Shown here piece by piece: positions 27,268-35,988 of a stretch of 64,000 nucleotides of DNA (positions within the stretch are counted from its first letter, which is position 1; each line of letters begins with the position of its first letter). The translations under genes were made by a program, and so were the position numbers. The DNA is taken from assembly GCA_023898565.1 (NCBI GenBank), contig CP060228.1:25448-89447 (forward strand), written 5' to 3'. This DNA comes from Candidatus Nomurabacteria bacterium (GTDB taxonomy: Bacteria > Patescibacteriota > Minisyncoccia > Phycocordibacterales > UBA918). The notes under the pieces were generated by a model. The model was not told the DNA's origin. It saw only the letters and a program-made list of their open reading frames with translations, and did no database searches.

Positions 27268-27807
27268 CTATTGATAGTGCATATCACCGTCTTCATCGTA
27301 CTCAAAAACACCATTTTCACAAAAAGGACAGGTGTCTCCACTCTCACAAAAGTCCTTATTGCCGCAATGTATGCACGACTCATCTGCTTTATATACAAAT
27401 TTCGGGACCAGATCATCCTTCTTGAACTCATCAGTAAGCAACACCTTGCGATGTTTGAAAAAGTAGTGATGTTGCTCCTCTGGACCAAGTATCCCCCTTT
27501 TTTCTAGATACGGTACAGCGTCATACCAAATGCCGACATCTTCAAGATCCTGCTCGCACACATACTCATAAGCCTTTAAGGCTTGGACCTGCTCCCACAG
27601 CTCGTCAAAGTCTGTTCTGAAGCGATACGTCTTTACATCTGTCTTGCAGTGCTTACAGATCTTTTCGGTAGAGAAAACGCCATCAAAAGGAGCTCTCCTC
27701 TCAAGAGATGCTAACTCCCCCTTCTCATTAAGCGCAATCGGGATGCCTGTCCCGGACCTTAGACAGTGCCCACAATTGTTGCAATAGCTGAATGATATGT
27801 ATCCCAT
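27268..27807 (-). CDS. Cysteine-rich hypothetical protein (multiple CxxC pairs)
   Basis: CNNCGHC...CKHC...CIHCGNKDFC...CPFC. Confidence 0.45.
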   Translation of the reverse strand: MGYISFSYCNNCGHCLRSGTGIPIALNEKGELASLERRAPFDGVFSTEKICKHCKTDVKTYRFRTDFDELWEQVQALKAYEYVCEQDLEDVGIWYDAVPYLEKRGILGPEEQHHYFFKHRKVLLTDEFKKDDLVPKFVYKADESCIHCGNKDFCESGDTCPFCENGVFEYDEDGDMHYQ

Positions 27808-27811
27808 ATCT

Positions 27812-28216
27812 TTACTTTTCTAGACGTAGTTTGAACTCTTCTTTTACCCGACCAGCTATCTCTGACTCCCACCCTTCAGCATTAGATAAAAAATACGCAA
27901 CAATTGACCTTGCGGAGTCAGACCCGTAGCTGTCAGCCATAGTCTCTATCTCCATCATCGCCGTCACATACGGGTAGGCACTTCGAGACACACTATCACC
28001 CCAATCCTCCATAATAATGTCCGCCAGTTGACTCAACGTTAGTTCTGAAAGATCTTGATTGTCGTACCAGTGCTCTGCTTTCCCATCAAAGAAATGTTGG
28101 CACGAGTCACACATCCACTGTTTCTGGACCTCATTGGATATATCCATGAGATCACACATGTCTTCTACACTCGTTGCCTCATTTCCACCACATTTGGGAC
28201 AGATCACTTTTGTCAT
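27812..28216 (-). CDS. Zinc-ribbon hypothetical protein
   Basis: MTKVICPKCGG...CDSC. Confidence 0.45.
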   Translation of the reverse strand: MTKVICPKCGGNEATSVEDMCDLMDISNEVQKQWMCDSCQHFFDGKAEHWYDNQDLSELTLSQLADIIMEDWGDSVSRSAYPYVTAMMEIETMADSYGSDSARSIVAYFLSNAEGWESEIAGRVKEEFKLRLEK

Positions 28217-28226
28217 ATCAAACCTC

Positions 28227-28619
28227 TTAAGTCCCAGAGACAGCGTCAAAGAAACTAATAACTAAACCAATCAACGCCCAAACCCCAATAAATATGAACA
28301 GGTATTTAAAAACTTTACTCTGAGTTCTAGGCTCATCAGATCCATTACCATCAACACTATTGCCTCCGTTTTTTGATTGTCTCTTTGGACCAATGTCTGG
28401 ATTATTACGCTTGATAGCTTCGACAATATCAATCGCAAAAAAGAAGCGTTGTAATAGGAGGGTTCCTATAACATATCCGAGCACCCCTAAAGGAAATATC
28501 TTACCGATAATAAAAATAGTGATCAACGCTACTACAGATGCCTGGAAGTTTCTATGCCGTTTTACCTCTTTGCCTATCTGCTCCTGGGTCTTAACCGGCT
28601 TTTCTTGCTGGTCTTTCAT
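28227..28619 (-). CDS. Small membrane protein, hypothetical
   Basis: Two TM segments with a Gly/Asn-rich loop. Confidence 0.4.
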   Translation of the reverse strand: MKDQQEKPVKTQEQIGKEVKRHRNFQASVVALITIFIIGKIFPLGVLGYVIGTLLLQRFFFAIDIVEAIKRNNPDIGPKRQSKNGGNSVDGNGSDEPRTQSKVFKYLFIFIGVWALIGLVISFFDAVSGT

Positions 28620-28836
28620 ATTAAAAAGTGACTAGTTTACTCTGGCAGCAGGCACAACAAAGCCCGCTACTAAGGAAAGCTCCTTACGGAAACTTCTACC
28701 AGCGTTTCCACTGGTAACGATAGACACGCCCTTAATAACGGGTTCTCTTGTGTCTATCGTTTTTCGACCATGCCGCTATCTCACGACTGCGGGTTAGGTC
28801 ATTGAAATATTTAGTTGTTCGAGTATTGTATCAGAA

Positions 28837-29583
28837 GTGACAAAAAACATCGAAACAGACAAAGTAAAAATAATAAAGGAGGCTGCAGAACTTCATCTGA
28901 ACCCCATTTTACGTGACAAAACATATCTTCTTCTAAAGACACTAAGCAGGGTCAGCAACCCAAGACTTTCACACCACAAAAAAGAGGTATCTGTTACAGA
29001 ACTCACTCATACGGAACTTTCAGAAGAGGACTTAGACAAAATTTTGCAGTTTATTGAAGACTGTTTAACACGAATAAGAACATTGGCCGACATTGGTTGG
29101 TCTGGAAAAAGTGTAATGGAAAGGCCATCATTTGGACCTAAATTTAAAGGACCGTATATCCAAGGCTCAAAAGTCGTACTCAATACTTTTTTCGATTATC
29201 ACCCCTTTATCTCTGCACTGTCTAACAGCACTGAAGAGGACGGCGCAAACAAACTAGCATCGACGCCCACAAACACACTTGTAGCAAGTAGAAGTCTTAA
29301 AGGTATTTACTTCAAGAATGAACCGGGGCTTATTGTGAAATACAAAATGCGCAGACTTAATCTGATCCTTCACTTATTCAAATACGGAGAAACAAAAACA
29401 TCTGATCTTACAAATGATTTGACGCCCGATGGAAGCGATAATGATTATGATGTTGAAGACGCTGTGAGACACATCAACAATAGGTTCATAGAAGAACTCA
29501 AATTGGAAGATAAATTGATTATCGGTGAGTGGGGTTCAGGGTACCGCATCAACGAAAAGTACAATACTGAAATTGCCGACTAA
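28837..29583 (+). CDS. Hypothetical protein (possible DNA-binding or replication/regulatory protein of the element)
   Basis: 248-aa AT-rich ORF. Tandem 11-bp repeats lie just downstream. Confidence 0.4.
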   Translation: MTKNIETDKVKIIKEAAELHLNPILRDKTYLLLKTLSRVSNPRLSHHKKEVSVTELTHTELSEEDLDKILQFIEDCLTRIRTLADIGWSGKSVMERPSFGPKFKGPYIQGSKVVLNTFFDYHPFISALSNSTEEDGANKLASTPTNTLVASRSLKGIYFKNEPGLIVKYKMRRLNLILHLFKYGETKTSDLTNDLTPDGSDNDYDVEDAVRHINNRFIEELKLEDKLIIGEWGSGYRINEKYNTEIAD

Positions 29584-29689
29584 CTACTTTAAAACAGGGT
29601 CAAAACAGGGTCAGTCATCTTAAAAGAAGTGGAAAAGACTACAAAAAAGCCAGGTCATAACAGGACCAGGCTTTTGTTATTTTTGTGAC

Positions 29690-29857
29690 ATGGCTATTAA
29701 ACATGGCACCAAAGAGTCGTTTAGAGACATCGCAGCTAAAGAGTGTGGGCTAGAACTTAGTCCTTCTGAAGCAGCTGTTCTACTAAACGATCTCGTCAAG
29801 TATTATCGCCTACTTCATCAGCTTGACCAGAAGATCAAACAAGCTAGTGAAGGCTAA
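29690..29857 (+). CDS. Possible small protein (55 aa), not in the ORF track
   Basis: ATG at 29690 and TAA at 29855 in frame. MAIKHGTKESFRDIAAKECGLELSPSEAAVLLNDLVKYYRLLHQLDQKIKQASEG. Confidence 0.25.
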   Translation: MAIKHGTKESFRDIAAKECGLELSPSEAAVLLNDLVKYYRLLHQLDQKIKQASEG

Positions 29858-30115
29858 TGCACATTGACCAGAGGTGGTAAGTGGCTCCTCTCTAAAAAAG
29901 TAACTTGGAGGTGGTGTGCAGATGCCAATCCCCCGCTCTGACTTTAGGGTTGTCAACGGGGGACCTCATCTGCACGTCACTAATCTTCCTGCTTCTATCA
30001 AAGTTAGAGGGTAAATAGAAGATAAGGTTGGTCAATAGAACATAAACCTCCCCTTTTACATAGTATGAGGGGAACAAAACCCTAATTTAAAAATGTAACG
30101 TTTTATACAAAAACT

Positions 30116-30349
30116 ATGGTACGATCTCGATTAATAAGGGTTCACGAGGATATACACCAGAAACTAAAGGGCATGGCCATTGAAAAGAAGATAACCTGCG
30201 CTGCCCTCGTCGAACAAATGCTTTTATCATACTTCCGCTGGAACAATATTGACTTCAAGTTTAAACCTAAGAAAAAACTTAGTGCTCAACAGGAAATTAA
30301 TAAACAGACAAAGAAAGACCTAAAAATAATTGATAAACTAAATAAGTAA
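30116..30349 (+). CDS. Ribbon-helix-helix (CopG/Arc-like) DNA-binding protein, possible recombination directionality or regulatory factor
   Basis: SRLIRVHEDIHQKLKGMAIEKKITCAALVEQML beta-alpha-alpha pattern. Ends 2 nt before the recombinase start. Confidence 0.45.
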   Translation: MVRSRLIRVHEDIHQKLKGMAIEKKITCAALVEQMLLSYFRWNNIDFKFKPKKKLSAQQEINKQTKKDLKIIDKLNK

Positions 30350-30351
30350 CT

Positions 30352-31935
30352 ATGGAAAAAGCAGTAATCTACGCACGAGTATCATCAAAAGAACAAGAAG
30401 AAACTGGCTACTCCTTACCAGCCCAGCTGGACCTACTTCGTAAATACGCTGAGAAAAATGGTTTTAAGGTCTGCAAAGAGTTTTCTATTGCTGAGTCTGC
30501 GACGAGTCAAAGCGGTCGTAAGACCTTCCAAGCAATGCTTGCGTACACCAACCAGAAGAAAATACACACGATCATTTGTGAAAAGATCGACCGACTCACT
30601 AGGACCCCTAAAGATGCAGGTGTAATTGACGACTGGGTGCGCTCAACTGAAACCCGGACCGTCCACTTTGCCAAAGAAGGCTTCATTCTCAGTAAGCAAA
30701 CCAAAGCGCACGAGAACCTCGTTTGGAACATGAAAGTAGCTATCGCTAAGTTCTACACCGACAATCTATCTGAGGAGGTTCGTAAAGGTCAGGCTGCCAA
30801 GATTGCTGCCGGCCACCTCCCCACCAAACCACCGCTTGGATACCGAACCGTCGGGGAGCAAGGTAAGAAGGTGCACGTTATTGACGACAACACAGCCCCG
30901 CTGGTTAAGAAAATGTTTGAGATGTATGCCACCGGGAACTTCTCTGTCGTCGAACTAACAAAACGAATTAATCTGATAGGTCTCCGTAATCGAAACGGGA
31001 ACAAGCTGAGCAAGACACGAGTTCATGACTTTCTCTCAGACCCATTCTATTACGGAGACATGCGTTGGAACGACAAGATATTCAAAGGAGCTCATGAACC
31101 ACTGATCACTCTGGAGCTCTTCAACAAGGTTCAGGAGAAGCTAGGTCGAGGTACTGCTAGCCCATACTACCGAACTCATCCACTGCTATACAAAGCGAAG
31201 GTCACTTGTGCCACTTGCGGCTTCTTGGTGAGTTGGGAAAGACAGAAAGGACACGTCTATGGCTCTTGTAAGCATTGTAAGAGCCCTCTAGGAGCATCAT
31301 CCAAGTACTTACGAGAAGAAGAGTTAGACAAGAAGATCATCGAGAAAGTGCTAAAAGTAGCACCTAAGAACCAAAAGGTGCTCGACATCCTCAACCAAGC
31401 GTTAAAAGAGGACGCTGAGGAGGAAATACATGCTTACGAAACCAGTAAACGCCAGCTGGAAGAAAACCTACGCCGTGGCGACCTAAGAGTCGACACAGCT
31501 TACACGGACCGCTTAGATGGACGTATCGGCACAGAACGATATGACGGTATTAAAGCTGAATGGGATGCAGAAAGAAAAGCGATCTTGAACGAACTGACTC
31601 GTCTTAGCAACGATAAGTCAAAGTATTACGACGCTGGTTTCTCAATCCATGTCTTGGCTACAAAAACCCGAGAGATCTACGAGAGTCAACACGTTACAGA
31701 CGATGATCGTCGCCTGCTGTTAAGTTACGCCTTCAACAAAGTCACACTAGAAAGAGGCAACATCGAAGTTGAGTACACTCCAGCGTTCGAATATCTGCAA
31801 AAATGGGTACCTGCAGTAAACCAGAGTTTCGAACTTGCAAATAGTGGCTCTAATGAAAGACAAAAGGTGCCTTTCGGCACCTCTCATCCTACTTTGCTCC
31901 GCGGGCAGGATTCGAACCTGCGACCAATCGGTTAA
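30352..31935 (+). CDS. Large serine recombinase (resolvase/invertase N-terminal catalytic domain plus recombinase and zinc-ribbon domains). The 3' end overlaps tRNA-Asn.
   Basis: AVIYARVSSKEQ catalytic Ser motif. Central recombinase domain. CATCG...CKHC zinc ribbon. Coiled-coil tail. Confidence 0.85.
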   Translation: MEKAVIYARVSSKEQEETGYSLPAQLDLLRKYAEKNGFKVCKEFSIAESATSQSGRKTFQAMLAYTNQKKIHTIICEKIDRLTRTPKDAGVIDDWVRSTETRTVHFAKEGFILSKQTKAHENLVWNMKVAIAKFYTDNLSEEVRKGQAAKIAAGHLPTKPPLGYRTVGEQGKKVHVIDDNTAPLVKKMFEMYATGNFSVVELTKRINLIGLRNRNGNKLSKTRVHDFLSDPFYYGDMRWNDKIFKGAHEPLITLELFNKVQEKLGRGTASPYYRTHPLLYKAKVTCATCGFLVSWERQKGHVYGSCKHCKSPLGASSKYLREEELDKKIIEKVLKVAPKNQKVLDILNQALKEDAEEEIHAYETSKRQLEENLRRGDLRVDTAYTDRLDGRIGTERYDGIKAEWDAERKAILNELTRLSNDKSKYYDAGFSIHVLATKTREIYESQHVTDDDRRLLLSYAFNKVTLERGNIEVEYTPAFEYLQKWVPAVNQSFELANSGSNERQKVPFGTSHPTLLRGQDSNLRPIG

Positions 31936-31968
31936 CAGCCGACTGCTCTACCGCTGAGCTACCGCGGA
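31897..31968 (-). tRNA. tRNA-Asn (anticodon GTT)
   Basis: Minus-sense TCCGCGG TA GCTC AGCGGTA GAGC A GTCGG CTGTTAA CCGAT TGGTC GCAGG TTCGAAT CCTGC CCGCGGA G cloverleaf. CCA is not encoded. Confidence 0.85.
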
Positions 31969-32070
31969 ATATATGTGTAGCTCTACCTGAATCAATCAGG
32001 TATGGGTATTTTACAGATTTTTTAAGAAGATACAACCTCTTTATGAATACAGTGCTACACTATAGAACGT

Positions 32071-32235
32071 ATGGAAAAACGAATGATTTGGCTCATGGCC
32101 GGAATTGGCGGATGGATTGGTGGATATATACCGACACTCTGGGGCGCCGGTGGCTTTAGCATATCGACCATTATTTTTAATGGCCTTGGTGCCCTCTTGG
32201 GGATTTGGGTTGGATTTAAAATGACACACTACTAG
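32071..32235 (+). CDS. Small membrane protein (54 aa) of the GlsB/YeaQ/YmgE transglycosylase-associated type. Not in the ORF track.
   Basis: MEKRMIWLMAGIGGWIGGYIPTLWGAGGFSISTIIFNGLGALLGIWVGFKMTHY, with Gly-zipper TM helices. Confidence 0.5.
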   Translation: MEKRMIWLMAGIGGWIGGYIPTLWGAGGFSISTIIFNGLGALLGIWVGFKMTHY

Positions 32236-32285
32236 GAGCCCGCTTCCCTACTTGCCGAAGCAGTGAATATGGCTACTATGTAGCT

Positions 32286-33143
32286 ATGCCAGAACTACCA
32301 GAAGTAGAGACTGTCCGCCTGCAGCTCTTGCGAAAAGTGCTTGGAAAAACCATTGCCTCAGTGGAGGTATTTCATGCGAAGACAGTGGCGCATGATGAGC
32401 ACGTCGAAGACGCGCTCATTGGGAAGACTATCGCTCACATCGACCGCATCGGTAAGCTGATGATATTTTCGTTTGTTGACGAAGACAATCTCTTTCTCCT
32501 TGCACACCTGAAGATGACCGGGCAATTCTTTTTTGTCGCGGAAGGTGGCGAAGCGGTCGGCGGCGGTCATTCCATGACCGCCGACCGCGACCTAGGTCGC
32601 CACACGCGAGTCGCATTTCACTTTACCGACCATTCCACGCTCTTTTTCAACGACATGCGTCTTTTCGGTTACACTAAACTCGCCACCAAAGCCGAAGTAG
32701 AAAAAGCACGCAGCGGCTTTGGACCCGAACCAATCGACCCAGACTTTGATATAGAATGGTTTACCAAAAAACTGCGCATGAGAAAGACGCCAGTAAAGGC
32801 AGCCTTGCTCGACCAATCATTCGTCGCTGGCCTTGGTAATATTTACGTAGACGAAGCACTCTGGCGCGCCAAAATACGACCCACCAGACGGGCGGACAAA
32901 GTCACTAAAGCTGAAGCAGCTCTCCTCGCCACCGCCGCCGGCGAGGTGATGCGCGAGTCTATAAGAGTCGGCGGCACCACCTTCCAACACTTCGTCGACA
33001 CCGGCGGCGATAACGGCAACTTCACCGACTACCTTAAAGTATTCGGCAAGCAAGGCGCCTCCTGCTCACGTTGTGGCAGCATAATAAAAAAGATTCGTTG
33101 CGCTGGACGTGGCACCCACTACTGTCCTAGCTGTCAAAAATAG
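32286..33143 (+). CDS. mutM: Formamidopyrimidine-DNA glycosylase
   Basis: N-terminal MPELPEVETVR, H2TH region, C-terminal zinc finger CSRCGS...CPSC. Confidence 0.9.
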   Translation: MPELPEVETVRLQLLRKVLGKTIASVEVFHAKTVAHDEHVEDALIGKTIAHIDRIGKLMIFSFVDEDNLFLLAHLKMTGQFFFVAEGGEAVGGGHSMTADRDLGRHTRVAFHFTDHSTLFFNDMRLFGYTKLATKAEVEKARSGFGPEPIDPDFDIEWFTKKLRMRKTPVKAALLDQSFVAGLGNIYVDEALWRAKIRPTRRADKVTKAEAALLATAAGEVMRESIRVGGTTFQHFVDTGGDNGNFTDYLKVFGKQGASCSRCGSIIKKIRCAGRGTHYCPSCQK

Positions 33144-33162
33144 TTGTTATAATGTCTCACGT

Positions 33163-33825
33163 ATGGAAGTCGCTATCGAATCATCTTGGAAACAAATGCT
33201 TGCTGACGAGTTTGAGCAACCATATTTTAAAGATCTGGCAAAGACAGTACGACACTCATACCTTTCACAAACAATCTTCCCTGCTCCCAAGAACATCTTT
33301 AATGCATTTACGCTTTGTCCATTTAATCAGGTTAAAGTGGTTATTCTGGGACAAGATCCCTACCATGGCATTGGACAAGCACACGGGCTTTCTTTTTCGG
33401 TACCTGAAGGTATCAAAACTCCACCGTCACTTCAAAATATATACAAAGAAATTAAAGCAGACCTTGGTATAGAAATACCTGAAAGCGGAAACCTAGAGCG
33501 CTGGGCCACGGAAGGTGTACTGCTACTCAACGCGACCTTAACTGTCGAAGCTGGAAAGGCTGGCTCACACCAAGGCCTGGGGTGGGAACAGTTTACTGAT
33601 GCGGTTATTAAGAAAATCTCTCACGAAAAAGAACATATTGTCTTTCTGCTTTGGGGAAACTTTGCCCGCTCCAAAGCAGCGCTCATTGATACAGAAAAAC
33701 ACCTCGTACTTGAAGCACCCCACCCATCTCCCTTCTCCGCACACAGCGGCTTCTTTGGCTGCAAGCATTTTAGCAAAGCAAACAACTATCTCACCGAACA
33801 CGAAGAAGCTCCGATTAACTGGTAA
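33163..33825 (+). CDS. ung: Uracil-DNA glycosylase (family 1)
   Basis: VVILGQDPYHG, GVLLLNATLTV, HPSPFS motifs. Confidence 0.9.
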   Translation: MEVAIESSWKQMLADEFEQPYFKDLAKTVRHSYLSQTIFPAPKNIFNAFTLCPFNQVKVVILGQDPYHGIGQAHGLSFSVPEGIKTPPSLQNIYKEIKADLGIEIPESGNLERWATEGVLLLNATLTVEAGKAGSHQGLGWEQFTDAVIKKISHEKEHIVFLLWGNFARSKAALIDTEKHLVLEAPHPSPFSAHSGFFGCKHFSKANNYLTEHEEAPINW

Positions 33826-33828
33826 AAG

Positions 33829-33854
33829 AAAAGCGACGCTACCGCGTCGCTTTA
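33829..33854. terminator. Bidirectional hairpin terminator after ung
   Basis: aaagcgacgc taccgcgtcgcttt. Confidence 0.7.
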
Positions 33855-33864
33855 AAACATCTGC

Positions 33865-34224
33865 TCAGACATACCCGAGAAGCACATCGGCTGCGTCAAG
33901 CTGCTGGATGTCTTCATATTTCACTCGTCGGCCGTCGGCCAAGAGCCATTCTCCACCAGGCTCATCAGGAGCCGACTGCACAAGTATTGGCCACGACTCT
34001 TCGTCAAAGAGAATAACCATGGGTGCTCTCTTCGGGCCTTGTTCTTTCAGGTACTTGTAGTGCTCAATCCAGACTTGCTCGCCGCTTGACCAGCAACGAA
34101 ACCGAGCCCACCAAGACCTCCAACCAGTTTTTCTCTGTGCGCCTGACATAACTTCTCCTTGAAAGAACATTTCTGGCGCCAGTGTCTCATAAATTGAAAC
34201 GTTGTCAAAGTGGCACAGATTCAA
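33865..34224 (-). CDS. Hypothetical protein
   Basis: ORF only. Trp/Arg-rich N-terminus. Confidence 0.35.
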   Translation of the reverse strand: MNLCHFDNVSIYETLAPEMFFQGEVMSGAQRKTGWRSWWARFRCWSSGEQVWIEHYKYLKEQGPKRAPMVILFDEESWPILVQSAPDEPGGEWLLADGRRVKYEDIQQLDAADVLLGYV

Positions 34225-34274
34225 AGAAAAAAGCGATGTCCGAAGACATCGCTTTGTGTGTGAACCAGAGCTTA

Positions 34275-34559
34275 TTAGCCCTGGTAATATTCCTTGCTCG
34301 CGATCTCGACGATCTTCGAGCCGGGAACCCGACGTTCTTTGCCACTCGGCAGCATGACCACGAAGGTCGTACCGTCGATACGGACGCCGTGTGCCAGAGG
34401 CACACGCACACCTTTTTCGAGCACCAGCTCGAGACCTTCATCGTAACGCCGCTTGCGCAGCGCCACGAGCAGACCGATGTGATGTGCGAAAGCCTTGATA
34501 GCCTTCACCAGTCCAGCGCCGAACGTCGGAAGAACAAATTGCTTTGCAGTTGCTTGCAT
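34275..34559 (-). CDS. Hypothetical small protein
   Basis: ORF only. Confidence 0.35.
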   Translation of the reverse strand: MQATAKQFVLPTFGAGLVKAIKAFAHHIGLLVALRKRRYDEGLELVLEKGVRVPLAHGVRIDGTTFVVMLPSGKERRVPGSKIVEIASKEYYQG

Positions 34560-34617
34560 GATAATCTCCTTCCTTCCGTGGTTGACTAATTACAGTTTGC
34601 CAGACCCACTTATTTTG

Positions 34618-35985
34618 TCAAGTAGACTTGCGGAACTTTTCAAATGGACGGAACCAAACCTTGCCTTTTTCCAGATCAGCTCCTTTGCGCGAACCCCACA
34701 CGCTGATGCGCCCGGGCGTAAACAACGCTTGGAAACGAATGAATTGCCAGAAGGTCACCAAAACCACAAAGACCGGCAGTAGCAGCAGTCGCGATGGGTA
34801 TCGCAGTAAGTGCCACAACTGACGAACCGTGAACGTGAGCAACACTCCTGCCACCGAGTACGCTAGAAGCATCCACAGCGGCATTGCCAGACCCGCTTCT
34901 CCCCAGATAGCCAGATATCCCATCCTGACTACCAAAAATACCGAGATAAGGGTTAGCAATAGGTCTGTGTAGTACTGATACATCACAAACCCGAGCCGCC
35001 AAAACCAGCTTTTGCCGGTATACCTGAAGGTCAACCACTGACTGGAGGTTGCCCAGCGCCGGAATATGCGGTTTATCTGCCGGAGTTTTTTCGGAAGCGT
35101 TGTTTCCACGGTCGCCCGCGGATTCATCACTGTCCGATACCCCAACTCTTCCACTCGCAGGGTCATTCGCCGATCGTCACCCGCATGCGCTTGCACGCGA
35201 GCGATTGAAACAAATGGCCACTTGAATGAATATGTCGGCACCTTCCAGTACTCTTCGACCAGCTCGTCCATCCAGTCAGCGATGATACAGGAGCGGACCA
35301 TATACAGGCGCCCCGGCAAACACCCGACCTGACCAAACAGACTACCAGCCGCCATTGATCCACCGATGCGAGCATCCTCAAGCCAGTCAAGAATGCGCAG
35401 CAGCCAATGATTGGGGTTGCGAATACGTTGCGCAGTCGTCACCCCACCCACTCTTTCATCGACAAACGGCCGAAGCAGTTCGCCAATGATATTGTGGTCT
35501 GGCGTGGTCGGCACCGTATCAGAGTCATGGAAGGCAGAAAATTCATACAGCACTCCATGCTTCTTGGCCCACTCCACTGCATTGCGCAGATTTTTTCGCT
35601 TACTGCGCGCATTGGTCATGAAGACGTGTGCACCATATTGCTCGGCGATTTCAGCCAAGGCGCCTCCTTCTTTCGGATACACGTCGGCCGCGTCGACAAT
35701 ACATATGATGGCGTACTTGTCTGCCCATTTTTCAAGCGACGCCCGCAAGGCTGCGAGCGCCTCGTGTAAGACTTCAGGATCCTCCAGGTATATTGGTTCG
35801 AAGAGTGTCACGCCAGTAGCTCGAGTGAGCGGATGCTGCATGAACAGCTTTCCGCGTCGAATCTGGTGATGAAAGTACACACCAAGTAGCTGCCGCGGCA
35901 ACATAATCATCGTTGCAATGAAAAATAAGACTACGAACAGCGTTACTTCGTGACGAATATAGAGGTCGATGTATGTTTGACCCAC
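34618..35985 (-). CDS. Membrane-embedded family-2 glycosyltransferase of the processive synthase type (cellulose/chitin/PNAG-synthase-like)
   Basis: Ordered motifs IVDAAD, HDSDTV (DxD), LEDARIGG (TED-like), FRRW (QxxRW-like). N- and C-terminal TM helices. Confidence 0.6.
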   Translation of the reverse strand: MGQTYIDLYIRHEVTLFVVLFFIATMIMLPRQLLGVYFHHQIRRGKLFMQHPLTRATGVTLFEPIYLEDPEVLHEALAALRASLEKWADKYAIICIVDAADVYPKEGGALAEIAEQYGAHVFMTNARSKRKNLRNAVEWAKKHGVLYEFSAFHDSDTVPTTPDHNIIGELLRPFVDERVGGVTTAQRIRNPNHWLLRILDWLEDARIGGSMAAGSLFGQVGCLPGRLYMVRSCIIADWMDELVEEYWKVPTYSFKWPFVSIARVQAHAGDDRRMTLRVEELGYRTVMNPRATVETTLPKKLRQINRIFRRWATSSQWLTFRYTGKSWFWRLGFVMYQYYTDLLLTLISVFLVVRMGYLAIWGEAGLAMPLWMLLAYSVAGVLLTFTVRQLWHLLRYPSRLLLLPVFVVLVTFWQFIRFQALFTPGRISVWGSRKGADLEKGKVWFRPFEKFRKST

Positions 35986-35988
35986 CTT

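Larger units (their letters stand above)
17580..31896. mobile_element. Putative integrated mobilisable element / genomic island inserted at the 3' end of tRNA-Asn (AT-rich; carries a serine recombinase, an FtsK/TraB-like translocase and defence cargo)
   Basis: A compositional drop begins near 17.6 kb and covers most of the block. The recombinase gene's 3' end overlaps the tRNA. FtsK-like ATPase, RHH protein and RM-like genes are present. Decayed att-like repeats lie at the left side. Confidence 0.5.
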
